Part shown: positions 22,280-31,584 of the stretch, piece after piece
Position numbering within the stretch: the first letter of the stretch is position 1
Layout: each line of letters begins with the position of its first letter
Source of the DNA: an uncultured Acidobacteriota bacterium
GTDB taxonomy: Bacteria; Acidobacteriota; Blastocatellia; RBC074
Length of the DNA stretch: 64,000 nucleotides
NCBI GenBank assembly: GCA_963796275.1
Contig: CAWCKY010000001.1
Span: forward strand, 320,001 to 384,000
Reading direction: 5' to 3'
The notes under the pieces: model-generated
The model's database searches: none
What the model was told of the DNA's origin: nothing
Seen by the model: only the letters and a program-made list of their open reading frames with translations
Position numbers and translations under genes: made by a program

Positions 22280-23061
22280 TCGCTTGGTCCATCATAACGG
22301 GCGATCTTAACGCGGCGGCCGGCGTCGGACGAGAAGAGCGGGAATCGCTCTTCCAGAGCCTGGATCGCCGCCAGCCGCACAATATCCGGATGATTCGTAT
22401 TGCGCGAGAGATGCGCGAGCACGATATGCCCAGCCCTCCCATCAAAATCTTCGCGAAGGAAGCGCGCCATCTCATCATTCGATGTATGGCCGTGCCGGCT
22501 TAGTATACGCTGCTTTAGCGCCCACGGGTAGAAAGTACAGGCTCGCAGCATTTCAATCTCATGATTCGCTTCGATGATGAGAACATCCGATCCGCGAAAC
22601 CGCTCAGCCGCCAGCCCATTGATATAGCCTAGATCGACGGCGATCCCCATTTTGACGCCTTTCGCTTCCACCGTGAAGGCCATGGGATCGACGGCGTCGT
22701 GCGGGATCATGAAGGGTCGGAAGCAAACCGACCCGATCTCGAATTCCTGCGATGGTCTGATCGCTTCTCCGCGGCGTACATCTCTGGTCTTATCGCCCAG
22801 ACCGCACGCATCGAGCGCCGCGGTGGAGACGAAAACCGGAACCTTAAGCAATCTTGAGAGCGCGGGGAATCCTCGCGCGTGATCTGAATGCTCGTGGGTG
22901 ACGACGATGGCGTCGAGTCGCGCCGGGTCCTCCCCGACCGCCTGAATACGCTTGATGGTCTCGCGCGCGCTCAGACCACAATCGATCAAGACGCGCGTCT
23001 CACCAGCGACGACCAGCGTCGCATTTCCGGAACTGCCGCTGCCGAGTATGCATATGCGCAT
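22264..23061 (-). CDS. MBL-fold metallo-hydrolase (YycJ/WalJ-like)
   Basis: [24 protein letters not shown] and LAHLS motifs. Confidence 0.92.
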   Translation of the reverse strand: MRICILGSGSSGNATLVVAGETRVLIDCGLSARETIKRIQAVGEDPARLDAIVVTHEHSDHARGFPALSRLLKVPVFVSTAALDACGLGDKTRDVRRGEAIRPSQEFEIGSVCFRPFMIPHDAVDPMAFTVEAKGVKMGIAVDLGYINGLAAERFRGSDVLIIEANHEIEMLRACTFYPWALKQRILSRHGHTSNDEMARFLREDFDGRAGHIVLAHLSRNTNHPDIVRLAAIQALEERFPLFSSDAGRRVKIARYDGPSEWIEL

Positions 23062-23331
23062 TTACCAGATGCCCGATATAAATTTTTACCCGGGGTGTGA
23101 AAGGAACGCGAATCTTACCACATCCGCTGAGATTTGAATTTGTGATTTGAGAGCAAAAAATCAGGCCGCATCTTCCTGGCGGCACTATACTGACATCTGT
23201 TCCACGCGAGCGGCAGTATTACATACCTACAATCGGGCGGGCACATATGTGGGCAATAGATCGCCGTATTCTCCATGATCGATTTGCGGAAACAAATCTT
23301 GATGTAAACATGGAAGATTCAAGAAGATGAT

Positions 23332-24156
<825 letters not shown>

Positions 24157-24165
24157 CTGGTTACT

Positions 24166-25782
24166 TCATCTATCGCTGGCTCCCGCAATCAGATTGATCA
24201 ATCGTTCGCGGCGTGATCTTACCGGGGCTTCCATAACCACAAACGAAAGGATATAGAAGCCCAGACAAAAGATCAAAATCAGACACGAGACCCACCAGTA
24301 ACGCATATGCATGGTCTGATCCAACCGATCGCTGAAAAAGACCGCCACCCAGAGCGGGACGCTGATCCCGATGATGACCACCAGATTTGCGCAGAATGAG
24401 AGGCGGCTGTTCCACATCGCGTCGAAATTCAATCTTTTCGGCGAGAAGACCGAAGTCCACAATCCGATCGCGTTGAAGAGAAAGAGGCTCGCCACCGCTA
24501 TGCTCAGTATCATGACGATCATTCGCCAGGTGATCGTTTCACCGGCATAAAATATCAGCCACAAGCCAAACGCGACCATGACGGTGATCGTGCGTAACAA
24601 CAGCGAAGCCAGGCTGCCAGCCCGCAGAGCTTCCGCCAATGAGATCGGCAGAATGGCATAACGGCGTATGCCGGCATCATCGTACCCGAAGAGGTTGAAC
24701 ATGAGCGCCGCTCCGGTCGCGCTGCTCAAAATGAAAAAGATTGAGAGCGATAACAGAAAAACTCTATCCTGCCAATTCCACGGTAAAATATATTTTCCCA
24801 TCAGCACGATGATCGGCGAAGTTATCAGGCTGAAGCGGATGATATTTGAACGCAGATGATAACGAAGGGATTTACTAACTATCGGCCCATATCTGCCGCT
24901 CATTAAATTCCCGAGTTGATCGATCAAATCGCTACGGATGACAGTACCCGGAGCGGCGGACCGCGTGCTCGGGGAGCGCCGCTCGAGTCTCGTCAGACTA
25001 TAAGCCAACGCCGCGCACCAGATGAACAGCAGGCCAGTGCCCCCCAATTTGAGGGAGCCATCGCCCGACATCATTGCCGCCGCTGCACCGGGAGGAGTCA
25101 ATTGCAAAAATTGATCGAGCATAAGCCATATATCGAATCGGTGGGCGGCGACCAGCGACGCAATCGCCAGCGGACCGAACGAGACCAGGAGAATCACCAG
25201 AGCGCTGAATAGAGCGGTTCCGCTGCGCGTCTCTACTATAACGCCGGCGAGCGATAGCAAGACCGAGGTCGCCAGGTAACTCACGATGATGAAGAAAATG
25301 GCGGCGGGGAATACCGTCACAATCGATCCATGTCCGGTCCACGCCAAGCCGATCGCCAAACCGAATGCGCCCGCAACAACGATCAACCATACCGGATCGA
25401 GCAACCCGATCGCGTGCCGCACCAAAAATCGCTCCTGAGAATTCAATGGATAATGGCGGAGGGCTTCTTCCGAGAAAGCCGAGCGCGCGCCCAGGCCGAA
25501 GAGAATGCTCAGCCCGACCCCGTTAAAGAACAGCATCGTCAGACCCCATCTCGCGATCGATTCTCCTTCTCCCAACTCAATCGCGCCTTGCGCCATGCCC
25601 CAACCGACGAGCGAAAAAAACAACAGGCTGATTCCGCCGAGCAGGTAAAGAGCGAAGAAGAGTGCCATCCGCCCATTACTGGTGCGGGCTTGCGCCCAGA
25701 TAAGACGATAGCGAAGCCGGATCAGTACCCCGAATTTACGCGGGAATCCTGCCCAATTGATATGTTGCGAATCTACGTGCAC
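24166..25782 (-). CDS. Putative ABC transporter permease (multi-TM)
   Basis: Many hydrophobic segments; directly upstream of the ABC ATPase. Confidence 0.75.
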   Translation of the reverse strand: MHVDSQHINWAGFPRKFGVLIRLRYRLIWAQARTSNGRMALFFALYLLGGISLLFFSLVGWGMAQGAIELGEGESIARWGLTMLFFNGVGLSILFGLGARSAFSEEALRHYPLNSQERFLVRHAIGLLDPVWLIVVAGAFGLAIGLAWTGHGSIVTVFPAAIFFIIVSYLATSVLLSLAGVIVETRSGTALFSALVILLVSFGPLAIASLVAAHRFDIWLMLDQFLQLTPPGAAAAMMSGDGSLKLGGTGLLFIWCAALAYSLTRLERRSPSTRSAAPGTVIRSDLIDQLGNLMSGRYGPIVSKSLRYHLRSNIIRFSLITSPIIVLMGKYILPWNWQDRVFLLSLSIFFILSSATGAALMFNLFGYDDAGIRRYAILPISLAEALRAGSLASLLLRTITVMVAFGLWLIFYAGETITWRMIVMILSIAVASLFLFNAIGLWTSVFSPKRLNFDAMWNSRLSFCANLVVIIGISVPLWVAVFFSDRLDQTMHMRYWWVSCLILIFCLGFYILSFVVMEAPVRSRRERLINLIAGASDR

Positions 25783-25858
25783 AGTAACTTACGATAGTTG
25801 ATAGTTGATATAAATAATTACCGCGGTGAATACGAGCTATCAACTATCAACTAATTAA

Positions 25859-27181
25859 TCAACATTGCAAATGCGAACGATCGATTGTGAAGCCGTCCAG
25901 ATCGCCCAAAACCGTAACCGCCATTTCAGCCGGTTGGAATATCTGGTTTGCCACCCGGCGCACATCCTGCGCCGTGACCGCGTCAACGTTTACGATGATC
26001 TCATCGGGTGAGATGAAGCGGCCCAATGTCATCTCCTGCTGCGCCAGCGAACTCATGCGTGAGGACGTCGATTCGAGATTGAGCATCAAGGATGCTTTCA
26101 ATTGATCCTTGTTGCGCTCTAATTCTTCTTCCTCAATCAATTCTGATTTGATCCGGACTAGTTCTTCCATCGTAGCTGCAACCGTTTCGTCAAGCTGTTC
26201 GGTCGAAGCGGCGGCATAAATGCTCATGTAACCGCAATCACTGAATGGGTTCGCGGAGGCGAAAATGGTATATACGAGCCCTCTCTCCTCACGTATCGCC
26301 TGAAACAGCCGCGAGCTCATTCCACCGCCTAGAATGACGGACAGGATAGTGGTTGTATATCGGTCTTCGCTAACCGACGAGGGGCATGGCGAACCTATCA
26401 CAAGATGCGATTGCTCGAGCTCGCTTTTGTGCCTGAGGGTTATCGGAGCGGCCGCGACTGGGGGCGTATAGCTCAAGGGAAAGTTGCGCGATCTCATATC
26501 TCCCAAATAGGTCTGCGCCAGATCGATCAACTGGTCATGTTCCAGATTACCCCCAGCCGCAATCACCAGATTGTCCGGCGCGTATAGTTCTTCGTAATAG
26601 GATCGCACGACATCGGGTTTAAATGTCAAAAGTGATTCCGGAGTGCCCAGGATCGGACGTCCGAGCGGGTGGTCCGGATAGAAGTTCTCGCAAAAAATGT
26701 CGAAGATGTAATCATCAGGCGTATCCTCAACCATTTTGATCTCTTCGAGGATGACATTGCGCTCTTTTTCCAGTTCGGATGGATTGAATGCCGGATCGGT
26801 AACCAGATCCGCCATAAGTTCAAAAGCCCGCGGAAGATGTTGATCGAGAACTTTGTTGTAGTAGCCGACGATTTCGCGGCCGGTGAATGCATCCAGATGC
26901 CCGCCAAGCGTGTCGGATTCGGCCGCTATTTGCGCCGCTGAGCGCCTGCGCGTCCCTTTGAAGAGAGCGTGTTCGATGAAATGCGTGAGTCCATGCCGGC
27001 GGTTATCCTCATTGCGCGAGCCTCCTCGTAAAAAAACGCCGAAACTCACCGAACGAACATGCGCCACTTTCTCAGAGACAATCACGAGACCATTATCAAG
27101 CCTCGTTTTGCGTACATCAAAATTGAGATTCGTTGATCTCTCCTGAGTCGATCTTCCATCAGTGCCTGATTTTGATTCCAT
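25859..27181 (-). CDS. M16 (pitrilysin-family) zinc peptidase
   Basis: Inverted zinc motif HFIEH and [23 protein letters not shown] at 27181 preferred over TTG 27202. Confidence 0.95.
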   Translation of the reverse strand: MESKSGTDGRSTQERSTNLNFDVRKTRLDNGLVIVSEKVAHVRSVSFGVFLRGGSRNEDNRRHGLTHFIEHALFKGTRRRSAAQIAAESDTLGGHLDAFTGREIVGYYNKVLDQHLPRAFELMADLVTDPAFNPSELEKERNVILEEIKMVEDTPDDYIFDIFCENFYPDHPLGRPILGTPESLLTFKPDVVRSYYEELYAPDNLVIAAGGNLEHDQLIDLAQTYLGDMRSRNFPLSYTPPVAAAPITLRHKSELEQSHLVIGSPCPSSVSEDRYTTTILSVILGGGMSSRLFQAIREERGLVYTIFASANPFSDCGYMSIYAAASTEQLDETVAATMEELVRIKSELIEEEELERNKDQLKASLMLNLESTSSRMSSLAQQEMTLGRFISPDEIIVNVDAVTAQDVRRVANQIFQPAEMAVTVLGDLDGFTIDRSHLQC

Positions 27182-27433
27182 TCGCCCATCATACGACAGC
27201 AACTCTTATCGCCCCAAACCTTTATTAACGGGACATAAAATCCCGATGCTTTTAAGTAGTTATACCTAGGAGGAATATGATTGGTGTCGTCAATTGTTGA
27301 CAGGGACATGCCTTCCATGTCCACAATATTAGACATCGATGCTGGTGATTAGAAATCCAAAAAAATGAATTGGGGATGATAAATCACTCTGTTTTATTTA
27401 TTTATACATATTGGAGCTTTGCGGGGATGCTTA

Positions 27434-27449
27434 TGGCACGGTCATTGCT
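27434..27449 (+). promoter_or_regulatory. Sigma-54 (RpoN) -24/-12 promoter
   Basis: TGGCACG-GTCA-TTGCT matches the consensus TGGCACG-N4-TTGCW exactly; predicted +1 near 27460. Confidence 0.85.
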
Positions 27450-27648
27450 AAGAGTATATATCGTAAAACAAAAAGAACCGGGTAATCTTCAAGGTTCGAG
27501 AATTCATTTTGCAAAAATTAAACCAGACGGAAGGATCGTTACGGGCAGCTCGAGTTTACGGGTTTGACCTCACAATCGACACGGCTTCGACGCGCCGCGC
27601 GGTTCTTCCGAAACAGGTAGATGGTTTGGAGCGCTGCTCCCAAGGGAA

Positions 27649-28391
27649 TGTAGTGATCGGTTAAAGAAAAGGACACGGGGGTCGGATTTAGCCGGTAACT
27701 ACAGCTTCGATTCGCAGGTTACGCCACGCAGGGAACGGGGCACACTGTTTGGCGTAACTTGCGAATCGGCCGAAAGGCTGGGCTACGAATAAATTCCCTG
27801 AGGTAGAGCCCAAGATTTTTGAGTTATTGTTCTTGCGGTTTTGAAAGATCTTTGATTCTCAGTCGGAAATACGGGATAGATGCTCTATTGGATTTTGAGA
27901 ATCACAAGTTTCGATTCTCAGGTTGCTCTGCCTGGAGAACGGGGCACGCCAGGTGGTGCGACCTGAGGATCGATACCTAGAATTGAAAATTCTGTAATTG
28001 ATAATTCTTTGAAAGATAATCGTCGAGCGCATCGCTCCGATTTGAGATTGTAATTGTCAGTTGGAAAAGACACGGGGGTCGGATTTTAGCTGTCAATTAC
28101 AATAGCGATTCGCAGGTTACGTCATTCGGAGAACGGGGCACACCGTGTGGCGTAGCTTGCGGATCGAACAAAAGAGTTGAGAACACAGCAGTCTTTAGTC
28201 CGTAGTCTTTATACACAGCATATACACAGATATAGAATTTGACGATTTGGGAGCAGGGCTCTCAAAGGTAATGTAGTGATCGGTTAAAGAAAAGGACACG
28301 GGGGTCGGATTTAGCCGGTGACTACAGCTTCGATTCGCAGGTTACAGCATACAGGGAACGGGGCACACTGTTTGGTGTAGCTTGCGAATCG
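27649..28391 (+). repeat. Four tandem ~200-nt units, each hairpin A + hairpin B
   Basis: Units start at 27649, 27853, 28047 and 28272. Units 1 and 4 match at 75 of 76 nt (27647-27722 vs 28270-28345). GAACGGGGCAC is present in all four B loops. Confidence 0.92.
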
Positions 28392-28611
28392 GTTGCATTT
28401 TGAGCAAAGATTTTGGTAGAGCGCGGTCCCCACACTGCGCTTGTCACTCTTAAGGCTGAAACCCACTCAGCCCGAATGTGGCATCGAGCCCTCACAATCA
28501 TGTCCACAAATAATGTCTTCTCCCGCTACTAAGGGCTTCTCCTACTTGAGGCCCAAGGGCTCATGTGGTTTTTTCCGTAAGGCACTGATGTGCAGTGAGG
28601 GTCCTCACCCC

Positions 28612-28667
28612 AGCAATAATGGGCTGCTAGCAGTCTGAAAAGGCTACTGGCAGCCCAATGTTGCTTT
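28612..28667 (+). terminator. Long terminal hairpin, probable 3' end of the ncRNA
   Basis: AGCAATA-A-TGGGCTGCTAG-C-AGTCT[GAAA]AGGCT-A-CTGGCAGCCCA-A-TGTTGCT followed by only a short T run. Confidence 0.6.
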
Positions 28668-28742
28668 ACGGGCGCTATGTTATACTGCCTTGCGCAATTT
28701 CAGCATAATGACTAAGTATAACGATTAAGCATTAATCACTCG

Positions 28743-30011
28743 ATGACTAGGTTTCTTCACATCGCTGACATTCATCTGGGCATCCGGCGTTACCGTTCCG
28801 AAGATCGAGCACGCGACTTCTTTCTCGCATGGCGGGACTGCATCGAACGCTATGCCCTCGCCGAAAAAGTATCGTTCGTGCTGATCGCCGGCGATCTCTT
28901 CGATGCCCGCAAGGTCGAGCCCCAGGCGATGAATCAGGCGATGTTCTGCCTCTCGAAATTGCGCGACGCCGGGATACCCGTCGTAGTCATTGAGGGTAAC
29001 CATGACTGTCACGAGGCCGAGAAGCGATTCAGTTGGTTGCGCAGCCTATCGCAATGGGGATTCATCCATCTGCTCGAACCGATATATGGTGAAAGCGGCT
29101 TGAGACTGCTCCCGTGGGATGCCGATTCCAGGACAGGATCATTCATCGACATAGACGGCGCGCGCATCTTCGGCTCGATCTGGTATGGATCGACTGTCAG
29201 TCAGGCGCTCCCAGGGTTGATCGATGAATTGCGCAACCACCACAGCGACCGCCATTTTAACATAATGATGCTCCATACCGATGTCGAGGGCCAGCTCAAC
29301 CGCCCGATTCCCGCGCTGACGGTGTCGAAGATCAATGAACTTCGGTCATATATCGACTACCTGGCTCTCGGTCATACTCACAAAAACTTCGAGATCGACG
29401 GCTGGGTGTACAACCCGGGTTCGCTCGAGGCTTGCAATGTTGACGAATATGCGAATGTGCGCGGGGCGTATCTGGTGGAAATCAAAGATGGCCGGCATAA
29501 CGCTCAACTCGTCCGCGATTATCATCAGCGGCCGGTAGTGCGGCTGAGTATCGATGTGAGGGGGCGCGCTACGCCTGAAGAACTGCACGAAGCCTTGTTC
29601 GATCAGCTTCGCTGCCAATTAACTCCTCATAATCCGGCTGAAAACGGTTCTCCCGCTCCGGTCATCGAGCTTTCATTACGGGGTCATCTCGGATTTAAAA
29701 ATTCGCTTCTCGAAATAAATCGCATTCGGGATGAGATCAAAGTAGAATTCAAACCGCTCCTCACGATCGTAAGAAATCAGACTATCCCCATCGAATACGC
29801 GGTCGCCGCGGGAATCAGCGAGCATATTTCGCGTGCCGAACGTGAACGCATGGTGATTGAAGATTTGATCGCACGAGACACGCGGTTCCGCGAGCAAACA
29901 ACCGTCATGGCCGGACTGGTACTTGAAGCCAAGCGCCTGGCGCTTACTGATGAGCTGCCTTCAAAAATTGTCGAACTGATCGAAGAACGTCTCGCTCAGT
30001 CTGGAAATTAG
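28743..30011 (+). CDS. Mre11/SbcD-family DNA repair exonuclease
   Basis: Phosphoesterase motifs [27 protein letters not shown] and YNPGSLE. Confidence 0.92.
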   Translation: MTRFLHIADIHLGIRRYRSEDRARDFFLAWRDCIERYALAEKVSFVLIAGDLFDARKVEPQAMNQAMFCLSKLRDAGIPVVVIEGNHDCHEAEKRFSWLRSLSQWGFIHLLEPIYGESGLRLLPWDADSRTGSFIDIDGARIFGSIWYGSTVSQALPGLIDELRNHHSDRHFNIMMLHTDVEGQLNRPIPALTVSKINELRSYIDYLALGHTHKNFEIDGWVYNPGSLEACNVDEYANVRGAYLVEIKDGRHNAQLVRDYHQRPVVRLSIDVRGRATPEELHEALFDQLRCQLTPHNPAENGSPAPVIELSLRGHLGFKNSLLEINRIRDEIKVEFKPLLTIVRNQTIPIEYAVAAGISEHISRAERERMVIEDLIARDTRFREQTTVMAGLVLEAKRLALTDELPSKIVELIEERLAQSGN

Positions 30012-30049
30012 TCCCAACTTCGAGCACAATTGCCTGCCGCTTTCGTTTT

Positions 30050-31417
30050 ATGGATAGAGTATTATTGTTTTTAAGCATAGTGATTCTTTTGCAGAGCCTG
30101 TTCGCGCTGGGGGGCGTCGTCCGCTTCGCGCTTTACGCTTTGCGCCGTCAGCCCATACGTCCGAATCGCTATCAGCCGAAAGCCGCTCTCATAGTTCCCT
30201 GCCGGGGTCTCGAACACGATTTCGAGGATAATATCCGCGCCTATATGATTCAGGATTACCGAGATTACGAGATAATCCTCGTCACCGAGAGCGAATCCGA
30301 TCCGGCTTATCCGATTCTGATGAAATTGATCAAGTCTTCACGCCGGCCTGTCTGGATGGTGGTGGCTGGGGAGGCGAAAGCGCAGGGACAAAAGGTTCAT
30401 AATCTCTGTGCGGCAATCGATATGCTCAATTCGATCGACCGTCGCACTGAAGTCCTGGTCTTCGCCGATTCCGATGCGCACGTAGGGCGCAAATGGCTCA
30501 GCGAACTGGTCAACCCGCTAGGCGATAAGAAGACGGGCGCCACCACCGGATTTCGCTGGTTTTTGCCGGCGCATGAGCAGAGATGGATCGGAAACAGGTT
30601 CGCGTCGATTCTCCTCTCGATCTGGAACGCCGGCGCTCTGTCATTACTGGGCGAACGTTCCGGCTTCGCGTGGGGCGGTTCGATGGCGATCCGGCGCGAA
30701 ACTTTTGATAAACTGGGGATAAAAGACGGTTGGCACGGATCGGTCAGCGACGATTATGTTCTTACAGCCGCAATACACCGAGCCGGAAAATCCATAAAAT
30801 TTGTTCCCAGGTGCCTAGTTCCCTCCTACGCCGAATCAACCCTCAAGCAATTGCTAGAATTCACTACCCGGCAGATGCGCATCACCCGCGTCTATTCACC
30901 GAGGATTTGGAAACTGGCTTGCCTGACGCATTGTCTCTACAACCTCACCTTGTGGATCGGACTGTTCCGCCTCTTTTCGCAAGGTTTTGCAGGTGTAGGT
31001 AATCATCTGCTGGCCTGGTTACTTATCGTCATCTTCGCCCTCGGATCGATGAGCGGATGGATCAGAGTGGGAGTGGCGGCCGATTTACTACCGGGGGACC
31101 GCGAGCGAGCTCAGCGGATATGGTGGGCATTCGCGCTGCTGGGGCCTGTTATATCGGCCCTCTACCTCTACAATATCGTCGCTTCGGCCGGAACGAGGCG
31201 CATCATCTGGCGCGGCATCGAATATGACATGATCTCGCCGAGCGAAACGGTCATCCGGCATCGCCCGTCGGAATTGACTGAAGTCATAAACCAGGAATCT
31301 GAAGTCAGAACTCAAAAATCTAGAATCAAAAAACAGAAGTCAAGGATTAAAAAGCTGCAATTAGAAGACGGCAGCCAAGAGACGGGGATGGGTAGCAAAA
31401 AAAGACAAAACAGTTGA
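30050..31417 (+). CDS. Glycosyltransferase family 2/21 (ceramide glucosyltransferase / HpnI-like)
   Basis: QKVHNL, FADSD, WGGSMAI, SDDY and TTRQMR motifs; N- and C-terminal TM segments. Confidence 0.85.
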   Translation: MDRVLLFLSIVILLQSLFALGGVVRFALYALRRQPIRPNRYQPKAALIVPCRGLEHDFEDNIRAYMIQDYRDYEIILVTESESDPAYPILMKLIKSSRRPVWMVVAGEAKAQGQKVHNLCAAIDMLNSIDRRTEVLVFADSDAHVGRKWLSELVNPLGDKKTGATTGFRWFLPAHEQRWIGNRFASILLSIWNAGALSLLGERSGFAWGGSMAIRRETFDKLGIKDGWHGSVSDDYVLTAAIHRAGKSIKFVPRCLVPSYAESTLKQLLEFTTRQMRITRVYSPRIWKLACLTHCLYNLTLWIGLFRLFSQGFAGVGNHLLAWLLIVIFALGSMSGWIRVGVAADLLPGDRERAQRIWWAFALLGPVISALYLYNIVASAGTRRIIWRGIEYDMISPSETVIRHRPSELTEVINQESEVRTQKSRIKKQKSRIKKLQLEDGSQETGMGSKKRQNS

Positions 31418-31584
31418 CACTTTTCCCTTAATAATCGACAATTTGGTGCGAAGCTCTAAAAATGGACACACCAAGCAAGCGCTGGGATTCGAGTTTAGTG
31501 ATTTCCTTCAGGAAGCCTTTTCTGTTCACTGCTGAAAAATGAGCGACCGGCAGTGGGCAATGGTCATTGAAAGGCAGAAGACTT

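Larger units (their letters stand above)
27460..28667 (+). ncRNA. Predicted ~1.2-kb sigma-54-dependent multi-hairpin non-coding RNA, family unassigned
   Basis: No credible protein ORF. Eight long hairpins in four units with ACGGG(G) loops, compensatory changes and G-U pairs that work on the + strand; a C-rich-loop domain; a long terminal stem. Confidence 0.75.

Noticed and set aside
27738-27753. GGGCACACTGTTTGG in hairpin B as additional sigma-54 promoters
   Set aside because: It reads GG-N10-GG rather than GC, and the downstream part varies between units according to pairing rather than promoter consensus.
27649-28391. CRISPR array interpretation of the repeats
   Set aside because: Repeated parts are ~120 nt, diverge with covariation and have a ~200-nt period; there are no 23-50 nt identical repeats with unique spacers and no cas genes in the window.
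27649-28391. Integron attC cassette array, retron msr-msd or DGR template
   Set aside because: No cassette ORFs, integrase or reverse transcriptase in the window; no consistent RYYYAAC/GTTRRRY ends; G-U-rich stems and conserved loops point to RNA.
27082-28638. Short ORFs 27082-27336(-), 27370-27567(+), 28322-28507(-) and 28441-28638(+)
   Set aside because: No recognisable motifs or convincing RBS. They overlap the peptidase, the sigma-54 promoter or the hairpins, and repeat units do not conserve a reading frame.
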